Positions 45,025 through 55,784 of a DNA stretch of 64,000 nt are shown piece by piece (positions within the stretch are counted from its first letter, which is position 1; the number at the start of each line of letters is the position of its first letter). The notes under the pieces were generated by a model. That model was given only the letters and a program-made list of their open reading frames with translations, was not told the origin of the DNA and searched no databases. The position numbers and the translations under genes are program-made. This stretch comes from Candidatus Nomurabacteria bacterium RIFCSPLOWO2_01_FULL_39_18 (GTDB lineage: Bacteria; Patescibacteriota; Minisyncoccia; Phycocordibacterales; UBA9973), in contig MFUV01000010.1 in NCBI GenBank assembly GCA_001787005.1, positions 73,955 to 137,954 of the forward strand, read 5' to 3'.

Positions 45025-47460
45025 CTATTCAGTATTAGTTTGTTTATTATTTTTTCCAAGCGCCAAGATAGTTTTAATAACTGTATCGGGGTTAAGAGAT
45101 ATGCTTTCTATCCCCTCGGATAACAGAAAGTCCGCAAAGTCCGGATAATCCGAAGGCGCTTGACCGCAAATGCCAATGTATTTGTTTTTCTCTTTGCATT
45201 TGTGAATAATCTCGGTAATTAATTTTTTTACCGAAAGATTGTTTTCATTTGCAATATGGGTCACGATGCCGGAATCACGATCAAGCCCAAGGATAAGCTG
45301 GGTTAAATCATTAGAACCGATTGACATTCCATCGAAGATCTCAAGAAACTCATCGGCCAAAATTATATTCGATGGAATCTCGCACATTACATAAACTTTA
45401 AGCGATTTATCTTTTCCGCGGTCAAGCCCGTTTTCAGCCATCACTTCCATCACCTTTTTCCCCTCTTCTGGCGTCCGGCAAAATGGAATCATGCCAACGA
45501 CATTTGTAAGACCCATTTCTTCACGCACGCGCTTCAATGCCTTGCACTCTAGACCAAAAGCGGCTTTAAATTTCGGATCATAATAACGAGACGCCCCGCG
45601 CCATCCCAGCATCGGATTTTCTTCATGCGGTTCATAAAGTTCACCGCCGACAAGGGTGCGATATTCGTTTGTTTTAAAATCAGAAAAGCGAGTGATAACT
45701 TCATGGGGATAAAATGTTGCAGCAATTTTAGCAATGCCAAAAGCAAGTTCATCCACATAAAATTGCGTTTTGTCTTTATAAAGGGGAGCTAGTTTATCAA
45801 TTTCTTTAATTGTTTTTCGGATATACGCGCTTTTTGCGCTCGAAGCAGATAATTTCTTATAATCAATCAAGGCATTGGGATGCACGCGGATGTGCGAGGC
45901 GATAATAAATTCTAGACGCCCCAATCCGACCCCTTCTACTGGAAGATAATGATTCTTAAACGCCTCATTGGGAGAACCGATATTGACCATGATTTTTGTA
46001 CCTATTTTGGGAATTTTATCTAAGCGATGCTCTTTTACCTCAAATGGCAAAATACCTTTAAACACATTTCCTGTCTCGCCAGACGAACAATCCACCGTCA
46101 CCTCTTCTCCATTTTTCAAAATTTTCGTGGAATTACCCGTTCCAACGATACAAGGAATGCCGAGTTCGCGCGACACAATTGCCGCATGCGAAGTGCGCCC
46201 GCCCTTGTCCGTTACAATCGCTCCCGCAATTTTCATAATCGGCTCCCAGTCTGGATCAGTAATTTCCGTTACCAGCACTTCTCCCTTTTTAAAAGCAATA
46301 ATATTTTTCGCATTTTTAAAAATATGAACTTTGCCCATGCCTATTTTTGCGCCAACTGGAATGCCCGTTACCCGCACATCGCTTCGCCCCTTGAGCTGAT
46401 ATTCTTTCAGCACATTTTTGTCCTCGCTGGAGTGAACCGTCTCAGGGCGCGCCTGCACAATGAAAAGCTTTCCGGTCTTGCCGTCTTTTGCCCACTCAAT
46501 ATCCATTGGTTGATAGTGATTATGTTTTTGGGAAAAATATTTTTCTATTTCCAAACACCACTTAGCAAGTTTCGTAATTTCAGCATCAGTCAAACAAAAT
46601 TTCTGCTGGTCAAGATTCGAGACAGGTTTTTGCTTGGTGTTTTGCGTCGCATACACGAGTTTTATATTTTTTTTGCCAAGATTCTTGGTGATAATCGCAT
46701 TATGCCCATTTTCTAAAGTGGGTTTAAAAATTATAAATTCATCTGGAATAACTTTCCCTTGCACAATGAATTCGCCCAAGCCGTATATGCCATTTATAAC
46801 TATGACTTTGTCAAAACCAGTTTCTGTATCAAGAGTAAAAGCAACCCCAGAAGAAGCGAGGTCCGAGCGAACCATCACCTGCACCCCCACCGAGAGAGCC
46901 GCATCAAAATGGGAAAATCCTTTATCCTTGCGATAAGAAATAGCCCGATCGGTAAAAAGAGAGGCTATGCACTTCTTTGTCGCAATGAGCACATCGTCAA
47001 TACCACGCACATTAAGATAAGTCTCCTGCTGTCCGGCAAAAGAGGCGCCCGGCAAGTCTTCGGCGGTCGCTGAAGAACGCACTGCCACATCCACATTTTC
47101 ACCATATTTTTTCGCCAATTCTTTATATGCTTCCGAAATGGCATTTTGCAGAGATTCCGGTAAAATCGCTTTTAGAATCGCTTCGCGCACTTTTCTTGCC
47201 CTGCTTTGAAGATTGCGAATATCGCTAGTATTAAGATCGGCCAGAATAATTCGAATCTCAGAGCCCAGCCCGGTTTCCTTGAAAAAAAATCTATAAGCTT
47301 GGGCTGTGATAGCGAAACCGTCCGGAACATTCACACCAAGTGGCACTAAGTTAGAATACATTTCCCCGAGCGCGGCATTTTTCCCGCCCACGGACAGAAC
47401 ATCGGCAATGCCTACCTCGCTATACCATTTAATGAAATCTTGTTCTTTTTCTTCTGTCAT
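45025..47460 (-). CDS. ppsA: Phosphoenolpyruvate synthase (pyruvate, water dikinase)
   Basis: Phospho-His motif GGRTSHAAIVSRELGIPCIVG. N-terminal ATP-grasp. C-terminal PEP-utilising domain. Size is 811 aa. Confidence 0.9.
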   Translation of the reverse strand: MTEEKEQDFIKWYSEVGIADVLSVGGKNAALGEMYSNLVPLGVNVPDGFAITAQAYRFFFKETGLGSEIRIILADLNTSDIRNLQSRARKVREAILKAILPESLQNAISEAYKELAKKYGENVDVAVRSSATAEDLPGASFAGQQETYLNVRGIDDVLIATKKCIASLFTDRAISYRKDKGFSHFDAALSVGVQVMVRSDLASSGVAFTLDTETGFDKVIVINGIYGLGEFIVQGKVIPDEFIIFKPTLENGHNAIITKNLGKKNIKLVYATQNTKQKPVSNLDQQKFCLTDAEITKLAKWCLEIEKYFSQKHNHYQPMDIEWAKDGKTGKLFIVQARPETVHSSEDKNVLKEYQLKGRSDVRVTGIPVGAKIGMGKVHIFKNAKNIIAFKKGEVLVTEITDPDWEPIMKIAGAIVTDKGGRTSHAAIVSRELGIPCIVGTGNSTKILKNGEEVTVDCSSGETGNVFKGILPFEVKEHRLDKIPKIGTKIMVNIGSPNEAFKNHYLPVEGVGLGRLEFIIASHIRVHPNALIDYKKLSASSAKSAYIRKTIKEIDKLAPLYKDKTQFYVDELAFGIAKIAATFYPHEVITRFSDFKTNEYRTLVGGELYEPHEENPMLGWRGASRYYDPKFKAAFGLECKALKRVREEMGLTNVVGMIPFCRTPEEGKKVMEVMAENGLDRGKDKSLKVYVMCEIPSNIILADEFLEIFDGMSIGSNDLTQLILGLDRDSGIVTHIANENNLSVKKLITEIIHKCKEKNKYIGICGQAPSDYPDFADFLLSEGIESISLNPDTVIKTILALGKNNKQTNTE

Positions 47461-47475
47461 AATTTGAATTATTTT

Positions 47476-48723
47476 TTAGGCTGATAATTCCGCTATCTTT
47501 ATCAGTCTTTGATATTTTACCATTCTTTCAGGCCTAGTGGGAGCGCCAGCCTTAAAACCAAAACAGCCGAAGGCATAAGCAAGATCGGCGATAAAATCAT
47601 CCTCGGTTTCTTTGCCTCGATGGCTTACAATTATCTCAATATTGTTTTCCCTCGCTAATTGCATTGTTTCAAGAGTTTCAGTCAAGGTGCCGATTTGATT
47701 CGGCTTGATAATTATCGCGTTAATACTCCTCCGGTCTATCGCTTTTTGTAAAAGCATCTTGTTTGAAACAGTCAGGTCATCCCCCACTATCAAAAGACCT
47801 TCGTGATTTTCTTTTAATTCTCGAAAACTGTCGAAATCTTCCTGTTCGAAAGGGTCTTCAATGGAAAATAAATTAAATTCTTTGATTAAAGAATAATAAA
47901 TACCCATAAGCTCTGCTCTGGAAATATTTTTGTCATTAATTTTATATGAATTAGATTCAAAAAATGATGATGCCGCCACGTCTAAAGACAATCTTGCCTT
48001 ATCCTTTAAATTATTCTGCTTTATGGCTTGATTAAGATAAAAAAGCGGTTTTTTTACATCGCTTGTTTCTGGCATAAAACCTCCTTCATCGCCCAGAACA
48101 ACCGAGTTTGCGCTCAACTCTTTTTTTATTATTTCTTTTAAAGTATTGTCTATGCCTATGCCGATTTCGACTGCTTCTCTGATATTCTCCGTTTGGGGCA
48201 CAATATGATATTCTTGAAAAGCTAATTTATTTTTTGCATGCTTGCCGCCTTCAAGTAAATTCAAAAAAAGAAACGGCACTTTGCGCGATGATTTTATTTT
48301 TGCTTGCGCCTGACCTGAACCCAGTCGAAGGGTTCGCAAATATTGATAAGTTTCGACGCCAGACGCTTTGGCGGCTAATTTAGCGCAGGCAATACTTACG
48401 CCAACCATCGCGTTCCCGCCTAGATTATCCTTATTAGGTGTTCCATCCAATTTAATCATTGTTCTATCTATCTTGCCCTGATTAAAAATATTCTGACCAA
48501 CCAAAGCCTTCGCGATAACATTATTTATTTTTTTCACGACATTTCTGACGCCCTTTCCATCGCCATCCCGCAACTCATGCGCCTCGCGCAAACCGGTACT
48601 TGCTCCGGACGGCACGGCAAAACTGTCGAATATATCATTGCTCCATACTGTCACTTTTATGGTTGGATCCCCGCAAGAATCCTTTATTTCCTCGGCTAAA
48701 ATTTTATCAATTTTATTGTTCAT
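47476..48723 (-). CDS. eno: Enolase
   Basis: SGASTGLREAHELRDGD. IVSHRGKETEDDFIADLAYA (SHRSGETED motif). Size is 415 aa. Confidence 0.9.
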   Translation of the reverse strand: MNNKIDKILAEEIKDSCGDPTIKVTVWSNDIFDSFAVPSGASTGLREAHELRDGDGKGVRNVVKKINNVIAKALVGQNIFNQGKIDRTMIKLDGTPNKDNLGGNAMVGVSIACAKLAAKASGVETYQYLRTLRLGSGQAQAKIKSSRKVPFLFLNLLEGGKHAKNKLAFQEYHIVPQTENIREAVEIGIGIDNTLKEIIKKELSANSVVLGDEGGFMPETSDVKKPLFYLNQAIKQNNLKDKARLSLDVAASSFFESNSYKINDKNISRAELMGIYYSLIKEFNLFSIEDPFEQEDFDSFRELKENHEGLLIVGDDLTVSNKMLLQKAIDRRSINAIIIKPNQIGTLTETLETMQLARENNIEIIVSHRGKETEDDFIADLAYAFGCFGFKAGAPTRPERMVKYQRLIKIAELSA

Positions 48724-49993
48724 TTTTAGTCAATAAAATCATTAAATCAGAGACGTTCGCGCCGGTCGGACCAGTCATAATCATATCGCCCGTTTTTTCG
48801 AAAACTGAATACGAATCAAAACGATTTAAATAATCGCCAATATTCAGGCCTATTTTTTTTATCTTTTCTATTGTATTTTTATCCACTATCGCCCCAGCCC
48901 CATCGGTATTATCCAAACCATCGGAAGCAAAAGATATAAAAACAGAATTTTGATCAATTAAATTCATTCTAACCGCTTCTAGCCCCGCGTGCATATTTCT
49001 CCCGCCTTTTCCTTCTTTATTTTTTATATCTATTCCGGGCTCACCGGCGCCCAAGACCACTGTATTTTCCGCTCGGGCTGAAAAAATTTTCTTTAGCACT
49101 TCATCGATTTCATCATAAAATTCCGTGGAGATAATATCGGCTTTAAAACCAAGTTCTTCGGACTTTTTCTTCATTCCCTCCATGGCATTTTTGTTAGAAA
49201 CCAAGATAAAATTATGAACTTTTTCAAAATATTTATCTTCCTTGGGAGTTTCATTTAAAATAAAAGCGCCTAGGTTGTGCTCTTTTATTATCCTCTCTGC
49301 ATCATGAACGGTCGTCTCGTCTTTATAGGTTGGTCCAGACGCCACATCCTCGAAATTATTCCCCGGCACATCAGAAAAAATTAATCCAATAACGGTTGCC
49401 GGATATGCAATTTTAGCTAAACCGCCGCCCTTGAGCAAAGATAAATGTTTTCTGATTGTATTTAATTCAGTTATTTTTTCCCCGCATTGTATTGATAAAT
49501 CATAGAGCTTTATTCCCTGTTCGCATTCAGCATTGGTGGGACAAAGCAACGCTGAGCCCCCGCCAGAGACAATCGCAATAATTAAATCATCTTCTTTCGA
49601 CTGATTGGCAATATCATATATTTTTTTACCTGCCGCAATATTCATCGTTGAGGGTCTGGGGTGAGAACCAGCAAAAGTTTGGACTCTTTCGCAAACAGTT
49701 TTTTCTAATCCTATAACAACCCCTTCTTCAATTTTATTGCCTAGAATCCTCTCCAAAGCCATAGCGGCCTGGCACGAAGCCTTACCAAAACCAACAATCT
49801 TTATTCTCTTGAATTTCGATAAATCAAAGTTTTCTTCGTGGATACTGAGAATATTATCTTTCAACTTTATGGAATTAAAAACAACTTTTTCCGTATCAAT
49901 AAAGTCGAGTCCCGCCTCGACAATAGAAAGAATGGACTTGCGATTATCATTTATTGCAAGCTCGTTGAAATTTTTTATCCGCCCCTTTTTCAT
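48713..49993 (-). CDS. Glycerate kinase, MOFRL/GckA-type (glycerate 2-kinase)
   Basis: IVGFGKASCQAAMALERILG and the C-terminal GGRNMHAGLEA pattern are as in DUF4147/MOFRL glycerate kinases. Context with eno and a hydroxyacid dehydrogenase supports this. Confidence 0.65.
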   Translation of the reverse strand: MKKGRIKNFNELAINDNRKSILSIVEAGLDFIDTEKVVFNSIKLKDNILSIHEENFDLSKFKRIKIVGFGKASCQAAMALERILGNKIEEGVVIGLEKTVCERVQTFAGSHPRPSTMNIAAGKKIYDIANQSKEDDLIIAIVSGGGSALLCPTNAECEQGIKLYDLSIQCGEKITELNTIRKHLSLLKGGGLAKIAYPATVIGLIFSDVPGNNFEDVASGPTYKDETTVHDAERIIKEHNLGAFILNETPKEDKYFEKVHNFILVSNKNAMEGMKKKSEELGFKADIISTEFYDEIDEVLKKIFSARAENTVVLGAGEPGIDIKNKEGKGGRNMHAGLEAVRMNLIDQNSVFISFASDGLDNTDGAGAIVDKNTIEKIKKIGLNIGDYLNRFDSYSVFEKTGDMIMTGPTGANVSDLMILLTKNEQ

Positions 49994-51006
49994 TTTATAA
50001 TGTTAGTTAAATTGTTATTCAAAAAACCATTAATATTAGCAACAGTGGTTTTCATAATTTCTTTTTCTGCTTCTTTAGAATAAAAAGCAATGTGCGGAGT
50101 AACAATAACATTCGGCATATCTATCAGGGCTCGATCTTCGAGAAGTGTTTTGTAATCTCTAATCCTTTCAGACTTTGAAGGAGAGGAGAGAATTTCGATT
50201 TCTTCCTTCAGTTCGCGTTCTCCTTCCAGAACATCCAGTCCAGCCCCGGCGATAACCCCCTCTTTAAGCGCGCCGATAAGCGCGTCAGTGTCAACAAGTT
50301 CTCCGCGAGCAGTATTTATCAGGTAAATACCTCTTTTCATTTGAGAAATATTATCTTTATTGATTAAATGATGATTCTCTTTATTATAAGGGGTATGCAA
50401 AGTTAAAATATCGGATTGCGATAGAAGTTCCGGTAGATTTTTATATTCAAAATTATTTTCTTTGGCAAATGGAATATCTGGATGCAAGTCGCAGGCAATG
50501 ACATTCATTCTGAAACTTTTTGCAATTTTGATTACATTTCTCCCTATTTTCCCCGTACCGACAACTCCGAGAATTTTTTCTTTTAAATCAAAACCTTTAA
50601 GTTTTGAAATCGAAAAATCACCCCCTTCTTTTAATTGATGGCTGGCATCAAAAATTTTCCGTGAAAGATTCAAAATAAGAGCAAAAGTAAATTCAGCAAC
50701 TGTGTAAGAGCCGTAGGCTGGAACATTGGAAACATTTATTCCTTTGGAATTGCAGTAAGAAACATCAATATGGTCAAAACCGGTCGAACGGGTACAAATT
50801 AGCTTTAAGTTCGGCAAGGCATCAATAACATTTTTCTTCAGCTCGGAATTAATGAAAACGGAAACAATTTTAGCATCTTTGGCCAAATTAGCATTCTCTT
50901 CATTCAATTTTTCTTCAGAGAAAAAAACTTCCAAACCGCCAAACAACTTACGAAATATCTCTTGCTCATCTTTTGAAACCTCAAACAATGCGACTTTCAT
51001 AGCCAA
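49990..51006 (-). CDS. D-isomer-specific 2-hydroxyacid dehydrogenase (hydroxypyruvate/glycerate dehydrogenase candidate)
   Basis: NAD-binding site GVVGTGKIGRNV. Catalytic region INTARGELVD..DVLEGE..TPHIAFYS (Arg-Glu-His triad). Confidence 0.8.
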   Translation of the reverse strand: MAMKVALFEVSKDEQEIFRKLFGGLEVFFSEEKLNEENANLAKDAKIVSVFINSELKKNVIDALPNLKLICTRSTGFDHIDVSYCNSKGINVSNVPAYGSYTVAEFTFALILNLSRKIFDASHQLKEGGDFSISKLKGFDLKEKILGVVGTGKIGRNVIKIAKSFRMNVIACDLHPDIPFAKENNFEYKNLPELLSQSDILTLHTPYNKENHHLINKDNISQMKRGIYLINTARGELVDTDALIGALKEGVIAGAGLDVLEGERELKEEIEILSSPSKSERIRDYKTLLEDRALIDMPNVIVTPHIAFYSKEAEKEIMKTTVANINGFLNNNLTNIIK

Positions 51007-51020
51007 ATTATACCATGAAA

Positions 51021-52403
51021 CTAGTGGATGCGGTCTATGTAGTTATTAGGATTATCGTTGTTTTCAGATAACGGTTTTTCCATGTCTCCCACTTTTTCTC
51101 CGTTTTGGGGAATGTCGTCTGTTTGCGGAAACATTTTTTCTTCTTCGGCTACCTCTTCCTTCGCTAGCATTTGTCTCACCCGGCGAATAGAACGAATGAT
51201 GTGGTGCCCTACAAGATAGTGCAGAATCAGAATAATCAAGCCCAGCAGGATAATTCCAATCAATATATAAACCAAGTAATCCTGAATAAACTTCGTGATA
51301 GAGGAAGGCACTTTTACGTCAATGGATTCGTCGCGTGCATTACCGGCGCGGTCGAGAGCTCGCACGACAACTTCCAACCTCCCGCCGGCGGAAAGCGGAA
51401 CTTGAAATGGACTTTCAGCTTGGACGAACGCCGGAGACTCTGTCGGAGGCTGATCTTTGTCTATGATGCCGACTTCATAATGATCAATGCCAGAGAGATT
51501 GTCAGTGGTAAAAAAGGAAACCAGCACCCTCTCGGTTTCAACAACGGCCGCAACTAGATAATTTACTTCCGGTTTGAATTCTGCCGGTGGCGCCGTGTCT
51601 ATTCGTAAGAGAAAATTGCCAGTGGTGCTCCACACATTATTTCTACTTCCCTTGATGTGAAAATACCAAAGCCCGTCAGTAAGATTTTCGAAGCTTTTTG
51701 TTGTTTCATCTCCATCGGCTATATTGTCCGGTATGGTATTGGGCTTGTTGTCTAGTTCGAAACTGAAACCGGCAACGCCGGGATCTCTTATCCAGGAGAG
51801 AGTTGGGCTATTGTTATTATACCAGTCTGATTGGATGGGATGAGTCTCTGAGAAAATCTGGACGCCTCCGGGCGCTTTGGTTAAAATAGTATAATTCGCC
51901 CTGCCCAAACCTACGATCGTCTCCGTTCCCAGCCCGTCGTTTAATAAAATTTTTGAATTGGAAGCGGTGCTGACAACTGCCTGGCCGGCAGATTTAGCTT
52001 TGAAAGTAATTGTACCCACAAGCCCGGCCTCAGTGATGATACCACCAGGAATCACGCCGACATAGCTCGCCGTACCGCGCGTATTGTCATATCGAGGCGG
52101 CTCAACCCAGACGCCGATGATAGAAGTGCCGCCAGTCTGATTGATGATTGAAAGCCTGTCTTTGTCGAAATTAATTCTTACCTCAATCCCATTAATACTT
52201 TTTCCTCTCGTATTAACAAGGATTGAAACCTGAAAAACAGAATCTTCCTCGAAACTTCCGAAGCGCGGGGAAAATGAAATATCAGTATGAGAAAGAAGTT
52301 TAGAAGCATCAACATTGACCGTCTCCGCATAGAGAAAAATGGGAGCAGAAAAAGATATGAATATAAACGGTAAAATCAGAAGTTTTTTAATTGAAAAATT
52401 CAT
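51021..52403 (-). CDS. Cohesin-like domain surface protein, C-terminal TM anchor (paralog 1)
   Basis: Signal peptide. An N-terminal domain shared with 52405..53760 (VSFFTTDNLSGIDHYEVGIIDK). A C-terminal TM (ILIGIILLGLIILILHYLV) plus an acidic cytoplasmic tail. Confidence 0.6.
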   Translation of the reverse strand: MNFSIKKLLILPFIFISFSAPIFLYAETVNVDASKLLSHTDISFSPRFGSFEEDSVFQVSILVNTRGKSINGIEVRINFDKDRLSIINQTGGTSIIGVWVEPPRYDNTRGTASYVGVIPGGIITEAGLVGTITFKAKSAGQAVVSTASNSKILLNDGLGTETIVGLGRANYTILTKAPGGVQIFSETHPIQSDWYNNNSPTLSWIRDPGVAGFSFELDNKPNTIPDNIADGDETTKSFENLTDGLWYFHIKGSRNNVWSTTGNFLLRIDTAPPAEFKPEVNYLVAAVVETERVLVSFFTTDNLSGIDHYEVGIIDKDQPPTESPAFVQAESPFQVPLSAGGRLEVVVRALDRAGNARDESIDVKVPSSITKFIQDYLVYILIGIILLGLIILILHYLVGHHIIRSIRRVRQMLAKEEVAEEEKMFPQTDDIPQNGEKVGDMEKPLSENNDNPNNYIDRIH

Positions 52404-52404
52404 T

Positions 52405-53760
52405 TTATGGTTGATTCTCTATTTGTTTTTCTATTTCCGCTTTGACATTTTCCAGACCTTTTTCTAAAGCTGCTATTTTTTCTCTTTCGAGAATATTTTC
52501 TTCATTCGTTTTTTCTTTTACTTGGAGATAATCTGCAATTTCATGTTCGATGATATCAAGAGTATTTTTGCGTCTGAAAGGATTAATTCTTCTATTCTTA
52601 ACCAAGAAATACCCTAAATAAACCGCTATAAGAACGATTATCGCAGTCAATGCGATGTTATTTTCGATTAATTCCCAAATTATAAAGGGGGGATCAGTGT
52701 TAATGAAACTCTCTTGTATATTACCGGCTTTATCAATAGCGCGTACTATCACTTTTAAAGTACTATTTTCTAAAAGGGGAACTTGAAAAGGGCTACTGTT
52801 TTCAATAAATACTGGCGCTTCTGAAATTGGTTGATTTTTATCTATGCTACCTATCTCATAATGATCCACGCCAGAAAGATTGTCCACGGTAAAAAAAGAG
52901 ACTAGGGTTCTTCCGGCCAAAAGAACGCTGGCAGGAAAATGATTAACCTTTAGTTGGAATGGAGCAGGTGGTATAGTATCAATTCGCAAGAGAAAATGAC
53001 CTGTTGCTCCCCACGCACCATTTTTGATAGCTTTTATATGAAAATACCACAAACCGTCAGTAAGATTTTCAAAAGATTTAGTGTTTTCGTTGGAATCTGT
53101 AATATTATCCGGTATTGTAAACGGCTTATTGTCTAAAATAAAACTAAAACCACTCGCGCCATTAACTTCTTGCCAGGACAATATCGGACTGTTGTTATTG
53201 TACCATTTTCCTTCTGATGGATGAGTTTCGGAAAAAACTGACACGCCTTCAGAAATCTTTTTTAAAATACTATATTCTGCCCTACCTAAATCAAGTACCG
53301 CGCTAGTTTCAAGTCCGTCGTTTAAAAGTATTTCTGAAGTAAAACTTACGCTGATTGTGGCTTGACCGTAACTAATGGCATTAAAGGTAATGGTTGCTAC
53401 CAATCCTGACTCCGTAACAATACCATCAGCAATCGTGCCGACATAGCTTACTGTGCCTAAGGTATTATCATAACTTGGTGATTCAGACCATAGTCCGACA
53501 ATCGATTTACCGCCAGAAGGTTGCACAATTGCGAGTTTGTCTTTATCAAAATTAATTTTTATTTTTATTGCTTCGACACTATTATTGTTAGTATTTATGA
53601 GAATAGGAACGTCAAAAGTAGTCCCCTCTACAAAACTTCCCGAACGGGGCGATAAAAAAACTTCCACGCGATTTTCATTATTTTGAGCTTGAGCAAATGG
53701 AGAAGTAAAAAAAACCAAAAATATAATTCCTAAAAAAATATTTTTAATTTGTGTTTTCAT
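52405..53760 (-). CDS. Cohesin-like domain surface protein, C-terminal TM anchor (paralog 2)
   Basis: Collinear with 51021..52403. FLSPRSGSFVEGTTFDVPILINT...IKIKINFDKDKLAIVQPSGG is cohesin-like. Confidence 0.6.
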   Translation of the reverse strand: MKTQIKNIFLGIIFLVFFTSPFAQAQNNENRVEVFLSPRSGSFVEGTTFDVPILINTNNNSVEAIKIKINFDKDKLAIVQPSGGKSIVGLWSESPSYDNTLGTVSYVGTIADGIVTESGLVATITFNAISYGQATISVSFTSEILLNDGLETSAVLDLGRAEYSILKKISEGVSVFSETHPSEGKWYNNNSPILSWQEVNGASGFSFILDNKPFTIPDNITDSNENTKSFENLTDGLWYFHIKAIKNGAWGATGHFLLRIDTIPPAPFQLKVNHFPASVLLAGRTLVSFFTVDNLSGVDHYEIGSIDKNQPISEAPVFIENSSPFQVPLLENSTLKVIVRAIDKAGNIQESFINTDPPFIIWELIENNIALTAIIVLIAVYLGYFLVKNRRINPFRRKNTLDIIEHEIADYLQVKEKTNEENILEREKIAALEKGLENVKAEIEKQIENQP

Positions 53761-54902
53761 TAAAATCCAATATTTTTAATTTTCTTATCGATTATCTTTT
53801 CTGCTTCAGAAATATCTTTTTTGATACCCGTCATCCTTTTGTGCTCAGCAAGGGGTAATTTCTGATTATCATAATCAATAATATCTTCGCGCAGAATATC
53901 AAAGGACTTATGCACAACATTCTCAGCATCGTGGATTTCATGTTTTATATTTTTATCTAAATCTTGACCCAGGTGGAAGTGAATGCGTAGCAGTAAGTAA
54001 AGTATTAAAAGTATCAGAAGCAAGATGAGCAGAGATATCTCCCAGCCGACATCGTCTAATATGTTGCCAATCTTTACAATAATCATATTTGATGTCTCGC
54101 TGTTCGTCTTGTCCGCCTTGACCAACACTGCCGTTACATTATAGGTGCCACGCCTGAGTGACGAGGGAACCAGAAGGGTAAACTCTCCCTCCAGGTCAGC
54201 CTCACCGAGAATGAAAATTTTTGTTCCGTCTGTTGCGACAAAGGTCAGAAGCGCTTGCGCCCCCGGATACTCTGACGTACCGACTATAGCCTGTGCGCCA
54301 TACTTAGCGCCAAGCGCAATTTCTGGCGCCCGGAGAGTAGGTTCTGGCTGTATTTCTTCCGGAATTACCTCGGGCTTGGGTTCTGGCGTTTTTGGTTTAA
54401 CTGTCGCCTGTTGAACAGAAAAAGTCGCGCCGATTAAATTGCCTGTGATGTCGGTGCCTTCTCCGTCATTGGCGAGAATTTGCCCTGATTGAAAAGAAAA
54501 ATTACCAGTCCCAGGATTAATTGCGCGTAAATTTATTGTAACGACAGCGCCAGAGGAACCGGGGAAACCACCCAATGCCACACCTTCAAACCTGATTGTG
54601 TTCGCAGTTTTTGAAACAGTCGGTTGAGTAACCCAAAAATCAAGAATGGAGCCTGCCTTTGACACAGATTCTACGGAAAAAACCGCGGATGGAAACGATA
54701 ATAATCCAGAAACGGCATTGAAAGGGGTATTAGAAGTGGCTATGACTTTAACCACCACGCGATTCCCTACTTCAAAATTCCCAGATGAGGGACTAATGGA
54801 TAACGCGGCGGCATTGGCCACAAGCGGTCCTAAAACGAATAGCAAAAAAGGTACTACCGTTTTAAAAACTTTGACAATATTTTCCCTAGAAAAAAGACGC
54901 AT
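53760..54902 (-). CDS. Cohesin-like domain surface protein with Pro-rich linker and C-terminal TM
   Basis: LSISPSSGNFEVGNRVVVKVIATSNTPFNAVSGLLSFPSAVF is cohesin-like. A PKTPEPKPEVIPEE linker and a TM helix near the C-terminus follow. Confidence 0.55.
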   Translation of the reverse strand: MRLFSRENIVKVFKTVVPFLLFVLGPLVANAAALSISPSSGNFEVGNRVVVKVIATSNTPFNAVSGLLSFPSAVFSVESVSKAGSILDFWVTQPTVSKTANTIRFEGVALGGFPGSSGAVVTINLRAINPGTGNFSFQSGQILANDGEGTDITGNLIGATFSVQQATVKPKTPEPKPEVIPEEIQPEPTLRAPEIALGAKYGAQAIVGTSEYPGAQALLTFVATDGTKIFILGEADLEGEFTLLVPSSLRRGTYNVTAVLVKADKTNSETSNMIIVKIGNILDDVGWEISLLILLLILLILYLLLRIHFHLGQDLDKNIKHEIHDAENVVHKSFDILREDIIDYDNQKLPLAEHKRMTGIKKDISEAEKIIDKKIKNIGF

Positions 54903-55726
54903 ATAACTAGAAGTATACCAAGAATTAAGTTGACTGGGAAGCGTAATAATGAATTTTGCGCTTTGATTTTTACTGTTCTTTCATTGCCAGACTTATCAAT
55001 TGCTCTGATATATAGATTTTTACTTAAAGATTGGTCTTTCAAGAGATATGGACTCTCGGCCACAACATATTCCCCCCAGAAACTCCAGAAGTTTCTTTCG
55101 CGTATTTCGTAGTGGTCAATCCCTCCCCCCTTATCCACTGTGCTAAAGGCGATAAAATACTTGCCGTCAAACAAAGAAGGATCGCTCCCCACAATAGGCT
55201 TGAAGTCTTCTGGAGGATCGATGTCCCTTATTGTTAAATCAAACTGTAAACCATCAGAACTTTGGGAAATATAGAGAGAGAGAGGAATTTCTTTGGTGGA
55301 AATTTTGGTACCCAAGCCATCGTTTTGTAAAACTTGAATATCACCAAAGCGGATTAGGCTACGCCCTGATCTCTTGGAATGAAAGACTAATTCAAACAAA
55401 AAAACTTTTTCCCCAGAAAGTCCTCCGGTAATTATTCCAGAAAAGGCAACTTGTCCATTCTCGACATCATGTGGTTTTTCTATCCAAAAATTGATAGACG
55501 AATTACCATCTCTAATTTCTTTTAATTCTAGAAGCTCGCTAGGGAATAAGACTGTTCCTCCAATAGCATTGACTGCCAGATCTTCGGTGTTCATCAATAC
55601 TCGCACTAAAAAATCTTCATTGGGAGCAAAGCTACCCTTGTCAACACCAAAAAATATTTCAGCCGCAAAAGAAACAGTCGGTGTGAAAATTAATAAAAGT
55701 AAAATTGGAATTAATATTTTTTTCAT
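54854..55726 (-). CDS. Cohesin-like domain surface protein with C-terminal TM
   Basis: GVDKGSFAPNEDFLVRVLMNTEDLAVNAIGGTVLFPSELLEL is cohesin-like. C-terminal TM LILGILLVICVFFLG. Confidence 0.55.
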   Translation of the reverse strand: MKKILIPILLLLIFTPTVSFAAEIFFGVDKGSFAPNEDFLVRVLMNTEDLAVNAIGGTVLFPSELLELKEIRDGNSSINFWIEKPHDVENGQVAFSGIITGGLSGEKVFLFELVFHSKRSGRSLIRFGDIQVLQNDGLGTKISTKEIPLSLYISQSSDGLQFDLTIRDIDPPEDFKPIVGSDPSLFDGKYFIAFSTVDKGGGIDHYEIRERNFWSFWGEYVVAESPYLLKDQSLSKNLYIRAIDKSGNERTVKIKAQNSLLRFPVNLILGILLVICVFFLGKILSKFLKR

Positions 55727-55784
55727 AATTTTTCCCCAGATAGAGCTTTAGACTCTATCTAGAGTCTAAAGCTCTATCTGGCTA

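Noticed and set aside
45968-46716. Plus-strand ORFs of 119 and 229 aa
   Set aside because: They lie entirely antisense within ppsA, which has full-length conserved motifs. They have low-complexity composition and are frame-shadow ORFs.
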